Shown here piece by piece: positions 34,724 to 49,369 of a stretch of 64,000 nucleotides of DNA; position 1 is the stretch's first letter, and every line of letters starts with the position of its first letter. The stretch lies in assembly GCA_002269645.1 (NCBI GenBank), contig NIVC01001223.1, forward strand, positions 1 to 64,000, read 5' to 3'. The position numbers and the translations under genes were made by a program. The DNA comes from Macrostomum lignano. Lineage: Eukaryota. A model generated the notes under the pieces. That model saw only the letters and a list, made by a program, of their open reading frames with translations. It made no database searches and had not been told where the DNA came from.

Positions 34724-36091
34724 TCAGTTGAGCACAGCGGGAGCGGCCTGGCCGGGGCTCGTCAGCATCGCCAGTCCCGCCTTGCCTCCGTTGGTTGAGG
34801 TGCCACCGGCCGCGGCAGCTGCGGCGGCGGCGGCAGCAGCAGCGGCTGCAGCAGCGGCCGACGCTGGCTTCGGGCTGCCACCTCCACCGGACGACTTGAA
34901 AGACACCTGCAGGGTCCGGTTGCCCACTGTGTAGCCGTTGAGCGATTGAATGGCCAGCAGGGCCTCTTCGTAGTTGCTCATGGTGACAAAGCCGAAGCCG
35001 CGGCACTTGCTGGTGCTGGGATCGCGGATCACCTTCACCGTCTGGACCGCGCCGAACGGACCAAACAGCTCCCAGAGGATGCGGTCCTCGGTCTCCGGCG
35101 CCAGGTTATAGACGAATATGCACCAACCGCCGCTGGGCGTCATTCCGCCGTTTTGAGCCACCACAGTCTGCGCCAGCAGGGCATGGTTTTGAATGCCTCC
35201 CGTGTTCGACATCAGGTCGCCAATGTTGTTCATGCCGCTGTTCATGTGGTGGCCCTGGTACGACTTGATGTAGTTGCGGGACAGAGCGGCCAGTTGCTGG
35301 ATCGGGCTGGAGATTTTGGCGGCCGCTGCAGCAGCCGGTGACGGAATGTTGCACTGCTTGAGGAAGCTGTTCACCAGGCTGCTGCCCTCCTGCCTGGCAG
35401 CGCTGGGACTGTTAGCAAACTTCACCGTGATGGCCTCGCCGCCTTCTTCCGGCTCGAAACCGTTCAACCGTTTGATGGCGTCCTCTGCCTCGCTGCGCTG
35501 GTCGAACCGGATGAATGCGACGCCGCGCGACAGGCCGGTCTTGTTGTCGTACAGAATGCGCAGCGTGATGATCTTGCCGCACTGGTTGAACAGCCGCTCC
35601 AGCTCGTCCTGAGTCATCTTCTTGGGCAGGCCGCAGATGTACAGGTTGGCCCCCTTGATCGCTTCGGAGCTGGGACGGGCGAGAGACACCTTGATCGTCT
35701 TATTCTGCAGTCTCAGACCGTTCAACGTCTTGATGGCCTTGTCGGCCTCCTTGGGCTGCATGTACTTGACGAAGGCGTAGCCAAGGCTCTCTCCCGTGGT
35801 ACGATCGCGCACCAGCTTGCAGCTTTCAACCTCGCCGATGCTAGTGAAGAGGGCGCGCACGTCCTCCTGCGACATGGCCGGCGGCAGATAGTTGACGATT
35901 AGGTTGGTGCGGTTCTCTGCGGATGCGTGGTACGACGAGGCGATAGCGTTATCTTGGGACTCGTCAGATCCAGCTGGGGAGATCTTCCCAACCCGATCCC
36001 CGGCTCCTGGCAAGCAGTTCAACCTACCGCTGTCGGTGATGCCGCAGGAAGAGTTATTCGTGTCCTTTCCCAGCATATCGCTCGACGTCAT
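34724..36091 (-). CDS. elav: ELAV/Hu-family RNA-binding protein with three RRMs, intronless CDS (455 aa)
   Basis: RRM1 TNLIVNYLP...[12 protein letters not shown]2 [11 protein letters not shown]...RGVAFIRFD, hinge, RRM3 [11 protein letters not shown]...RGFGFVTM, then a poly-Ala tail. Confidence 0.96.
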   Translation of the reverse strand: MTSSDMLGKDTNNSSCGITDSGRLNCLPGAGDRVGKISPAGSDESQDNAIASSYHASAENRTNLIVNYLPPAMSQEDVRALFTSIGEVESCKLVRDRTTGESLGYAFVKYMQPKEADKAIKTLNGLRLQNKTIKVSLARPSSEAIKGANLYICGLPKKMTQDELERLFNQCGKIITLRILYDNKTGLSRGVAFIRFDQRSEAEDAIKRLNGFEPEEGGEAITVKFANSPSAARQEGSSLVNSFLKQCNIPSPAAAAAAKISSPIQQLAALSRNYIKSYQGHHMNSGMNNIGDLMSNTGGIQNHALLAQTVVAQNGGMTPSGGWCIFVYNLAPETEDRILWELFGPFGAVQTVKVIRDPSTSKCRGFGFVTMSNYEEALLAIQSLNGYTVGNRTLQVSFKSSGGGGSPKPASAAAAAAAAAAAAAAAAAGGTSTNGGKAGLAMLTSPGQAAPAVLN

Positions 36092-36678
36092 GTCTGGCAG
36101 TTCGGTTCAGTTTGGTTGCCAACGGTGATGTGCGCGGCCCAAGTGTAGAAAAAATGACGCGAATATTAGAAAGTGCAGCGGCCAAGCAGAGACTTTTAAA
36201 AGCTTGCTACAGCTTGAGAGAAGAAGTCGCTCAGTAAGCCTAGAGCCTACTGTACTAGAGCGTAGCTTATTCCATAAACTGAAGGCTTGGCTGTTGTGTT
36301 GTCTATGGCCGAGAGCGGCTAGCAGGCTAGCAGCTGCCCAGCGCTGTGGCATCTTGATCCGATTTGTACTAATAGAGCTTTTTTATTATGTTGGCTGAAT
36401 CTTTAAAACTAAAAGGCAAATGTGCAGTGAATTTTTCAGATTCTCCCAGCAGTTGATTATATGTTCCTATTTTTCACTTTTTCATTATTTTTCTACACTT
36501 ACTAACTGAGATGCGCTGACAGCATGCCATGAATCAAATCAGAGGTAGTAAAATACATGTAATCATGTAGCTCTTAAACTCGGAGCCAATCAAATTCGAG
36601 AAAGAAATATATAATTAAGGCTTGAAATCTAAGAGATTAAGAAATTTCCAAAGGGAGCATATCAAACGGGACATAACC

Positions 36679-38342
36679 ATGAATTCCCAGCGTCATAATG
36701 CCAGTAACAACAGCATTGCGCTTCCTTCCATCACCCCGCAGCTGGAGAACGACATCAATAGGCGGGTACTGCAGAGCCTGCTCTCCTTGAGCTGCTTTTC
36801 CGGGCTCCTGCTGCTCTACTGCCTGTACTCGCTGAGCCGCGAACAGTTCCAACGGTACCGCCTCGGCTGCGTGCTGCTGATTCGCTGGAACTGCATCGCC
36901 GACCTCGTCTGCCTGGTGAGCCGGGCCGCGTTCGCCCAGGCGTACAGGTTCGTCGACCCCCTTCTGGTCGGGCACAAACCAGCTAGCTGGTTGTGCAAGT
37001 TCTACCACTTCTTTGAAGGACTCACCGCCTGCTGCCAGGTGTGGCTGCTGGCTCTGCTGGCGATGGAACGGGCCGCTATAAGCGTTAATCCGCGCTTCGG
37101 CCTACGCTGGTTCAGCCGTCTGAACTTGCGCATCGGCTGCGTGCTGGCCGGCTTGATGGCGGTGGCCGCCTACCACAACTACGTGTGGATGTTCAGCATC
37201 ATCGAGTTAGTGGAGCTCCGGGCCGTTGTGAACCACAGCGCCGACAGTTCCAAGTGGACACTTATCTACGTGTGCGGCGTGTCCTCTGGCTTTCATGACG
37301 TTTACCAGGTCAGCCAATTTTTTGACGTTACGCAGGCGCATATTCCAGTTATTTTCTCACGCCTTCCCTGTTTTCCAAAACGTGATTTTTTCTTAGGCTT
37401 CTGTGTCTGTATCGACTCAGATATATGGCTTATCTATTGAAACCAGGATACTTGCTACAAGTGAAAAGCACTTGGGAGTTTCTGAATCAGTCAATCACAC
37501 CAAGGACTGATAATACGAAAATATCCAATAGAAAACTCATTGGAGATTTTAGCTAGATAAGTTCACATTATAGGGGGGGGGGCAAGTAGTCGGGAAGCGT
37601 CCGCAAACGGGAGCGCGAACCCACGGTAACTTGATGCCAGAATCAGATCAGACTCAAAGCTACTCTCGGCCTACCTTGCCACCCACAGGTGATCATGGGA
37701 CTGGAAATCTTCTGCAACACGTTCTCGGCCGGCCTGATCTCCGCCTGCTGCACCGCCGTTGTCGCCTACCGCCTCGTTCGCGGTTGCAACGGCGGCGGCA
37801 CCGGCGCCGGCACCGGCGCCCTGACGAATCGAAACGGCAACCAGCGGCTGAGTCGGCTGTCCTGCTCGGCCAGGTGGCTCCGGTCGGCCGATCTAGACGA
37901 ATTCAACCTGCAGGTGAAGCTGCTGCAGCTCTGCTTGGCCGTCTTCTGCTATCCGCCTCTGATGGTCACCGGCCTGGTGAGGACTTACTCGTTTTGCACT
38001 CGCTCGGAGCTGTCGCAGGCGCTGCATTTCTACCTGGAAATGATGATCCAGCCGATGAAAAACATCCTAAGCTCGGTGGCTTTCACGGCTTTTATAGTCA
38101 GCCATCGGCTTTGGCTCAGCCGCAGAGTCGGCAAGCCACGCAGGCGTGTCTGCAGGGGCGGCAGAGGTCCAGGTTCGAGACCCAGACCAGCCGTCTACAA
38201 CCCAGAGGATGAAGCCCTCGCTATGGAGGCTTTCAACGTGGCGGAAGATTTCGCTAACATCGATGACGATCAATCCTCGGCTGCCGTAGGGAGCAACAGT
38301 TTGGCGGTGACGGTCGTGATTCATCGCGTCACGCAGGTCTGA
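36679..38342 (+). CDS. Divergent rhodopsin-like (class A) GPCR, peptide-receptor-like, 2 exons (427 aa)
   Basis: Exons 36679-37308 (CAG|gtcagc) and 37689-38342 (cacag|GTG), phase 0. N-terminal N-glycosylation sequons (NAS, NNS), several hydrophobic helices, TM3 CKFYHFF...LLALLAMERAAISVNP (MER in place of DRY), ECL2 Cys. Confidence 0.85.
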
Positions 38343-38399
38343 GTTGACGACGGATGGTGCACGACAGCACTGCGCCAGAGCAACCACGCCACAAACAAC

Positions 38400-38920
38400 A
38401 CTTCAACAGCACCATCAACAGCACTACGACAGCGCCATCAACAGCACTACGGCAGCGCTATCAACAGCACATCAACAGCGCTATCAACAGCACTACAACA
38501 GCGCTATCAACAGCACTACAACAGCGCCATCAACAGCACTACAACAGCGCTATCAACAGCACTACGACAGCGCTATCAACAGCACTACAACAGCGCTATC
38601 AACAGCACTACAACAGCGCCATCAACAGCACTACAACAGCGCTATCAACAGCACTACAACAGCGCTATCAACAGCACTACAACAGCGCCATCAACAGCAC
38701 TACAACAGCGCCATCAACAGCACTACAACAGCGCCATCAACAGCACTACAACAGCGCTATCAACAGCACTACAACAGCGCTATCAACAGCACTACAACAG
38801 CGCCATCAACAGCACTACAACAGCGCTATCAACAGCACTACAACAGCGCCATCAACAGCACTACAACAGCGCTATCAACAGCACTACAACAGCGCCATCA
38901 ACAGCACTACAACAGCGCCA
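38400..38920. repeat. 23-bp minisatellite downstream of the GPCR stop
   Basis: Unit CAACAGCACTACAACAGCGCYAT. Confidence 0.93.
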
Positions 38921-39771
38921 CAGAACCAGACAGCAAAAATTACCCTCGTCCCTCTTAATTACCGAATTAAGAACCGGCTCATGTATACTCATCTTCAAGT
39001 AGACAAACAGAAGTTTGTTGTGGTTCAGCAATATGATATATAAATTTATCGACCTGTTGTGATCGATCGTTGTTTTCGTCTGTAAAATGCGATATCTAAT
39101 CGGATCCTGGCTTTTAAAAAAATCTAAAAAACTGCGGCACAAAATAATGTTAATTACCTAGGGTTTTTGTTTGCCTGTTTTGTTTGTCATCTTTTTGCAT
39201 TTCACAGTGGCCATTTGTTTTATTGTTTTTATGACTCTGGCAAAAATTTAAATTATTGACTACCCACTGTGTCCAAAAATTACACCAGTTTTCTAGTAGT
39301 TTCGTCAGTAGCGTTTTATGTCAGGAATTCCTGGTCATTGGTTATTAGGGGAGAAAACTCCCAGCATGCAAGCACTGGAAGGACCGTGTATTTGTCGTAT
39401 CGCCCGTGCATTTGGTAAGCTCTTGATGATGACGTTTCACCAGGGACAAAATCGATAGAGAAAATGTCTTTACACCATACTGAATGCACTGGCTGCACTA
39501 TCAGCCTCCAAGCTGGTTTCTAAGAAAATCGATTTGATCAATTCGATTTGGATGATTAACAAAACTGAACTGGTAAATACGTCAATATCGGATCGATTTC
39601 TGTTAAATGTTTCCATACATTTAATTAGCGCTTTCCGTAACTCGAGTTCGCAACTTTCCGTAGTTCTAAATCCGTTTTACGTCGTAAAAACTTCAATTTG
39701 TTTAACTAACTCCTCCCTCGATTTGTGTATAAAGGTATTTCGTGAAATATATATTTTGCTTCGATTCAAAG

Positions 39772-41431
<1,660 letters not shown>

Positions 41432-44329
41432 ATAGAAATCTGATCGAACTTAGTTATCATCGTATTCAGCACACCTAACATTTCTTGCGAATTGTTGTTA
41501 ATGAGAAAAATATTTCTTCGCTGCGTCGGCGATGGATGGGCTTCTGACGGATTTAAGGACTTTAATCAAGAATTAACACGAATGCGAGCTCCAGTAAATC
41601 CTTGTTCCTTAGTTGACAGACAGCCTACATGTATATAATTGCTACAGACAGCAGGTTATTACAAGGCCGTTCGATCGAATCAAAAATCCGATTCTGCAAT
41701 AAACTATAGCTAGAGCGATATCGAGAGTTAAATTTCAAGCTGGCAATACACCTTCCACGAGGTGATCGGGGCACCCGGCCTGTTAAACATACCTCATGCG
41801 CTTCATCAGCCATGGCCAGCAGCTGAGCCAACTGCTCCCGCCTTTGTCCCCGCTACAGTCTCGGGAGTCTGCCTGCAACTTGGCACATCAAATGGTCCTC
41901 CACGCGACAATCCACCGTCCGTGGCAGCACAGATGGGCCAGCATCTCAAGTTTGCCCACCAGAAACTCAATGATTCAATCCGCTGCAGTTCAATTGGAAC
42001 AGGTAGGATTTTGCGTCCTGCCTGCACCTGCTCACGTTGGAAGCACGGTTTTTCTGGGCCCAGGCTGCTGCGGTCTACAGCCCAGCCGAGGCAATGACCA
42101 TGCCTTTAGGCCCGCAGATGCGGGCGACAGAAAAGTGAAGCCATGGCGCCTACACTGTCTCTCCTTTTATTTAAAACACTGCAGAACAGGCGTGTGGGAA
42201 CGGAAACTCTTATAAGCTACATAGAACAAATGCGAATTACGCAGCTAGTTTTAGGTGCAGCCGTCCTTCGCAAATATGACTGCATTTTATGCAGCTCATA
42301 TCCCTCCGTGGTTGAAAAAACTTCGACACCTCGAAGTATGGTTTAAAGTTGAACCGTGCTTGAGAATACCAGCCATGAGTAAAGTAATGTTGGACTCCTC
42401 CAGCCAGGTCGCTACCATTCCTCAGTTCGCGCTGCCATAAGGGGGTCAGCCTCGAAGTCCTCCACCTCGGAGACGGGCATGCAGTCCTCGTGAGGTATCT
42501 TAAGTAGCTTGACTGGCATGTCCATTGCATGCATAGATCGTGCTCCGGTCTTCCTGCCGGATGCACCGCAGATTTCCCTCACAGTCTTCTTGCTGTGGGG
42601 AGGCGACTCTTGGCCTTTGGGCCGAAACACTGCTCCGCTTTTGAGACGCATCGCCTCTCAGGGCAGGAAAATTGATCTGCATGCCGGCTGCCGAGACAGT
42701 GACGCCGGGGCTGACTCTCTTCTTGTTGATCCATCCGAACGGCTGTTGAACACGCGTCAGTTGGGGCGGCGGCTGCACCGTGGTGGCAGTTGAACTGAAC
42801 CACCGTTGTGACCTAATGCCGTCAAGCACGCCAACGACGCAAGATGTCTTCTGGTCGCCGGATCTCGATTTGCTGATGTTGTGCTGTCCTTTAACCGGCT
42901 TCTATTCAACCCTCTGTTATCCTTCGTGACAGGAACTTCGTCTAGCAGTCTCACGCGGTCAGGGAACCATTGAACAGGTAATATTAGCCTAAAGAGAAAG
43001 AAAAATGGTTGAATAGGTTAGTCTCGAGCTTTCCTGAGTCGATCCCGACCGAACCATGCAATGCGCTCACTAAAGGGGTAGATTTGGCTCGCGCGCAATA
43101 TGCCTTACCACCTAGTTTGTGGTCACCTTGTGTGCCACTTTCGGAAGTACCTCTTTAATATAAAGTTTCTGTGGCCAAAATATTAAACAAATTTTATTTA
43201 TTTAAACAAATTTTATTGACTGGCGCTGAAAAATGTGACTTCAAGAGTCAACTGGCCACTGTCCCACTAAATTAATGACATGCATGTCCAAATTATAAAT
43301 AATTCAATAATATACCTAGGTGCTGTGTCAGCTTTTGCTGAATTATGCGCCAGACATACATGTAATAATTGGGCAGCTATCAAGACTATCCTGGCAAAGT
43401 CCCCTAAATAACCTTTTTAGCGTGGTCGCCAAATATACGGGTCTAGCCGGCCGCTAACTAGAACCTTAAATATGAGTAATAATAACTCAAACGAGGTAGA
43501 ATACGCTTAGATGGTATAGTTTCCGATTAAGCATATAATTATATTTATTAACTGTGTTTTTAACGTTTGTATAAATAAGTAAGCTACAAGCAGGGAGAAA
43601 AAGTCTGAGACACAACGGTATAACTAAGCTACTTGAATGCTCTTATTAATCTATTATATATATATAAATATATAAATATATAAATATCTTACGCCTATCT
43701 ACTTGGTCTGAGACCAAAAAGCCAATATATATTCATAAATCCATAGTAATGGCAGTGCTCAGTCTTACCCTCCGTTCACAGCTGGTTTCTGCAGAAGCGG
43801 TCGGCACGATTTACAAACTAGTTTAAGCAATTCAGAAGTTAGTAGAGAAAGTGAAAAGAGTAAAGATTAGACATTTTAGCCCTCGCTTATTTATAATGGT
43901 AAATTCCCCGATGAAGTCCCTGTGAAACTGTCTGCGTTATCACTTCCCACGTCTCCAGATATCGTCGCAATTACATTCCGGCCGATTGTCACGGTCTCCC
44001 TGTCTCGTGCGACTTCTGAAATGTCTGTTTAAAAATGTAATTGAACCCCACCCCACATAAAGGTTACACTTAGGTTATACTATGAAAGAGATCTGTCAAA
44101 TGGTTCATGCCCCATCACAAATTTGAGGACGCCTATCTTCGACAAGAGAAAGCCTATCATAGTAACAAAACTAAGTTAAAAATGAATGAAAGAAGAATAT
44201 TTATTTAGTGGGTTTTATAAAGATTAATAATATGAGAGACCACAGAGCTTTCTTATTTGTTTAAACACATGCGTGACGGATGCATAGTTATTTAAATGTA
44301 ATGTCATTTTTCTTAAAGTCTCCTCATGT

Positions 44330-47300
44330 CCATGCAGCTCCATGCCTGCTGCCTTTCGGCGCCTGACTAAGATGGCCACAAACCAAGATGGCCACAGCTC
44401 TAAATGTCTAAATAGATAATAATAAGGCTAGGTATATATATTTTACTCATTTCCTTTTGGTAGTAATTAGGAAGATAGATGTTGTAATAGAATTGTATAA
44501 TATTATAGGGCCTAATCATTCCCTTTGGCCTTAGCTTTTTGTAGCCTGACCTAGGGACCTATAGATATTTATCCACTATATAAAGCAAGTAACCTAACAC
44601 AAAATAAATACCTTATTGCATATTTATCCCAACTTTTTGCATATCTAGCATTATCACTAGGCACTAGCAATGGTTTTTCGATAAACTGAAAGTGATAGAT
44701 TTTTTAGATGTAATGATAGAGAATACATTGTCATTGGCACAAACACTAAAAAAGATTAGGTTTTTGTATTATAGGTAATTAGTTTCAAATCTATTACTGT
44801 TTTTTTTATAAATATGATTGATTAAACATTATAAACAATAGCTATTAGGCCTATATTGCTAATTAGGTAATGATAGTAAAAGAGTATAATCTAGTAGATA
44901 ATATTGAGTAGAGATTCAATATTGTGGCCATCTTAGTGCGTGGCCATCTTGGTCTTTGTCTTCATCTTGGTTCATCTTAAATTCATACTGGTCTATGACC
45001 TAAGCTAAGCCTAGTTTATATGTTGACCTATTCATTGGTTGTCTATTTACTTATCTCTAATCTAGTCAATTGGCATATTTGTAGTAGTCAAATATAAAAT
45101 ATATGTAGGCCTAGTGCAACTCAGCCTCAGTATGATGCTGTTTTCTTCTAGGGAAATTTACTGAACAAAAAAGGGTTTCTGACTTAAATATTTGGCATAG
45201 ACTCAAAGGGTAGGCCTAGGAATGATAGGCCCTAGCCTAATATATAAAAATAGGCTTAAAGTTAAATTACAGCATCTAGGCTATATTATCAATTATCATG
45301 TAATACTGTTGAAAGATAAGCCATTTTTGGTGCAGACAGACATAGGCCTAAGCCATGGTCTAGATTGTGTAATAGTGTACCTTGGAACAAAAATCCTATC
45401 TCAGCTAAATGTATGCCAATATACACCAATTTTGGAGGTTGCGCATATATGTATGTAACCTTCTAGAGTCTGGGGCTGAGGCCTAGGGACTCTAGTAATT
45501 TAAAAAATATTTTAATTCTATTTAAAAAGTATTACTTGCAAAAATTAAATGACTCTTACTTTTTAGTTTTAGGATTTAGTCAAGCAAGAAAAGTTATATT
45601 ATGAAACTTATTGTATTTAATTTTTTAATAGTTTATTTTTTGTATATTTTGCTTATTATGCATTGTAATCATTCTTGCCCAAAAAACTTGATAATATATG
45701 TATTTAGTAAAATTAATAATGATTTTTATATAACTTAATATAATATATCCAAGATATTAGCCTATCTAGCTAAGCATTGGGTTGCCTCAGAATTCTCTTC
45801 TTTGAATTCGCTTCTTTACACTCGTAATTCTTTTCTCAAATTCACTTCTACAAACTTTGTGCCTATCAGCGCTTTGAGAGTGTGGCTAGACTTTAAATCA
45901 TCCAATGGTAAGAAGTACTTACCTCTGCTGCTAATGCACTTACTTCAACTTCTTTTGCCTCAACTCTTCTCATATTCTTTATTATTTATAACCTAATATA
46001 GCTTGTATAATAGAAATTCAACAAAATAAATTTTTAAACCAAATCAATTTGATTCAAATGCTTGATAAAACTGATTCAAATACTAAATAATACTAAATAT
46101 AAATATTTCAGTCAATAATATGCCTACTTTTGTACTCATTAGTCATCTGCCAATAGTGCTAATTGATTATTAAATTAATTAATTCTAGATAATTTGGTAT
46201 CAAAGCAATTCTAAATGTGGACTAACTTTCATTGTTTTATTTTCTTGAGAAAAATGACCACATAGGTATAAGCACTTTGGTAGAGTCAAGCATTGCAATG
46301 ATTAAACTTTTATAGAAATGTCTAGCTATACTCACTGTTAGAAGCATATGCTATTTAATATCCAGTCCTATACCCCTCAACTTATAGGCCTACATCTTCT
46401 TGTCTAATAAAATGTGCTTTAGACCAAATGCCAACCCTATCCCTACTAAGTTTGTAGACTGTAGTAATCAGTGCCCCTAAATCCATGTTCTATAAACTTG
46501 ATTCTTAATGTTCCATTTCTAACACTGCTAATCCTCATCAAGCCTGAGTACTCAATCTGAGCACAATGTGCTTGCAACTGCTCAAGCACTCCTGCCTTTC
46601 CATACAATATGCTATATGTTTTCCTATCCTTAATTCATTTCCTCATTTATGAGACACAAGCCCACAACCCCTAATACTTTTGACTTCTTCAAAGGCAAAT
46701 TTCTCAGTCCTTAATTTGCTAACTCCTATTTATCCCTAATTTCTTGTTTTCATTTATGAGGCACAAAGCCAATACTCAACTCTTGATTTGTTCCAAAATC
46801 TTTGCCCTGCATTAAAGTGACTTTTTAGTATTTGGTTTGTCAATTTTCCAACTCCAAGTTGAACCAAATATTCTGAATATTTGTCCTATTTCTGATATAT
46901 AATACTGGTACCATATTATATATTATTAGTGGTATATTGTATATTATTGGAAGCGTACTATATATTAATCGTTGCATATTGTGTATTATGTTTCTCTTAG
47001 TCTAGGGAATCACTAGGAACTGAGGGTCACAGTTTATTCTAGTAGATATATTATAAGATGGTATCTTAAATCTAGGTGTTTAATTTCTAAATAATTTTTA
47101 ATTCTTACTAATTCTTAAGCTTTTGATAATGATATTCCTATTAATTACTTAAACATAATTAAAACAGATCAATTATTAGCTAGCTTTGGCTGTTTCAATA
47201 GTTTTCTTTGTGGTTATTGTTTGCATACAAATGCTTAGGTAAAGCTGGCTTGAGGTTCTTGTTGGCAGTTTTTGTAAAATTTAGAAAGGTTTTAAAACAA

Positions 47301-47480
47301 ATTGCATAATATTTTTAGTATTGGGCCCAGTTTAACAAGTTTTTAAAGAAACAAAAAAGTCTTGGAAATTTAATTTTTCCCTTTGACATATATCAATTGA
47401 CTGATATTTGGAATAAATCATTTTTTATTTATAATATTTTTGCGCTAGGAATTAAGTCTCCTGATCAGCTGAAAAATGTA
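44330..47480. mobile_element. AT-rich, CpG-depleted decayed transposon-like block
   Basis: About 8 CpG counted by eye in 44401-47400. Inverted doublets of AAGATGGCCAC at ~44370-44395 and ~44924-44950. Stop-riddled coding-like stretches on the minus strand. Confidence 0.45.
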
Positions 47481-47531
47481 AACTCTATATAGTGCATTGA
47501 ATCTTAGTGTTCGATCACAATTTCAGCTCAT

Positions 47532-48949
47532 ATGGGTGGCTGTTGCTGCAAGGAGGAGGCCGGCTCTGACAGTGGAGAAAGAGACCGCCTCCTGACCAAT
47601 CCTGTATCAGATGATGACGATGACAATGTGTAAGTCTGAGCATACTTTGTGTCTTGGAACTTTTAATTTAACCCAATTGCTTTAGGAAAATTGAATTATT
47701 ATAGAACTAAATCTCAACCAATTGCTTTCTGAGGGTCTACGACTATTGAGTGCCAGTGACAATTGACAAGTGACATTTGGCAGCCAGGGACATTTGACTG
47801 CCAGTGACATTTGACTGCCAGTGACATTTGACTGACAGTGACATTTGACTGACAGTGACATTTGACTGACAGTGACATTTGACTGACAGTGACATTTGAC
47901 TGCCAGTGACATTTGACTGCCAGTGACATTTGACTGCCAGTGACATTTGACTGACAGTGACATTTGACTGACAGTGACATTTGACTGCCAGTGACATTTG
48001 ACTGACAGTGACATTTGACTGACAGTGACAATTGACTGCCAGTGACAATTGACGGCCAGTGACAATTGACTGTCAGTGACATTTGGCAGCCAGTGACATT
48101 TGGCAGCCAGTGACATTTTACTGCCAGTGATTATTGACTGACAGACATTTAACTACCAACCCTAGCCCTAACCCTAAACCTAATCCCTAGACCCTAACCT
48201 TAATAGTCTGCAGTAAAATGACATAAAACCGCTTCTTCTAGGGTATGAAAATTCACTGGCCTCAGAAACCTTGAGCAGCCCATTTGCTGTGCTGCAGTTA
48301 AAGAAGCGCAATTTTAAAGTTAGGCTGCACTTGAAGCAGAAAAGACGATTTTTATGCAATATTTTATACATTTAGCTATATGGAATTATAGCTCTTGAAA
48401 CAATTTAAATTCGTACAATTGATCAGCCAGCGCTGCAAGTTAAGCAGATTCGGCCGAGGTTAGTTTGCAATCAAGCTACAATTGCGACTTGTAATTAGTG
48501 CTTCAAATTTTTCTAGCCCGCAGCCCAACGGAGGCGGCGCTGGCGGTGGCCCGGGCAAGTCGGACCGGCCGGACGTGCAGGCGGCGCTGTCGCAGATTCT
48601 CGAGAACGTGGCCGTACAGGTGATTGACATCGGCCAGACCGGGCCGCAGGTTGTTGAACGCCAGGAGTACACGCAGCGGGCCAGGCAGCTGCTAAGGGCT
48701 GGCAGCGAGCGGCTGCGCGGACATCAGCAACCGAAACGGCGTCTGCCTGTTCTGGGCGTCGGTGGAAACAGCGGCGGCACCGGCGCTGCGCCGTCATTGG
48801 CCGACACTCTGGGCCGGGAGTCGCCGCCGTCAGCTACAGACTTGGCCTTGGCGGCGGAGCTGGCCAGGAGAATAGCGGAGGCGGCCCTGTCCGTGTCTGT
48901 CAGAGTGCCTGAGGATCTGCTGGTGATGTTCGGTGTGGCATCTGCTTAG
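47532..48949 (+). CDS. LAMTOR1: Ragulator complex protein LAMTOR1 (p18), 2 exons (176 aa)
   Basis: Exons 47532-47629 (GT|gtaagt) and 48517-48949 (ctag|C). N-terminal MGGCCC acylation motif, ERDRLL dileucine-like motif, and core QAALSQILENVAVQVIDI...ERQEYTQRARQ matching the LAMTOR1 pattern. Confidence 0.85.
47750..48150. repeat. 17-bp minisatellite in the LAMTOR1 intron
   Basis: Unit GTGACATTTGACTGMCA. Confidence 0.93.
48158..48202 (-). repeat. Degenerate interstitial telomeric repeat (CCCTAA-like)
   Basis: aaccctagccctaaccctaaacctaatccctagaccctaaccttaa. Confidence 0.6.
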
Positions 48950-49369
48950 CTTCGAACTGTTGCAATATATATATATTCTATTCTGCATTAAATAGTCTAG
49001 GGATGCTGAGAGCTTAGCGGTTCTATTATGGGTTTTATGATTTCCGTAAAAATCACGATTATGCCATTAGTGAGATGGATTCGAAACATGCCAACAATTC
49101 TTTCCATGTACTTGCATAGCACAAAATTCAATGCTGCGGATACTAGAATAACTAGACATGTCAAAATTAAAGTTGTGAAAAAGCATAGCGTCTACTCTTT
49201 ACTCTTCTACTCTTTTTCAGTAGTTTTCTTGGGTAGTGTCACTTAAATGTAATGTGGCAGCTAGAATTTCTTTTCCTTCAGGGTTTGTAGCCTCGGAAGC
49301 ATGAGGTTAAGAATGAACAACAAGCAGTTAATTCAATATACACAAGTGAACGCAAGACAGACGAAACTC

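Noticed and set aside
42880-42988. FPDRVRLLDEVPVTKDNRGLNRSRL resembles the C-terminus of AMP-binding/adenylation domains
   Set aside because: Only a loose short resemblance; no upstream exons with adenylation core motifs are visible.
46400-46900. Possible BED zinc-finger/hAT transposase remnant (DRKTYSILYGK...AHCAQ)
   Set aside because: Too decayed and stop-riddled to assign by eye; kept only as part of the CpG-depleted relic.
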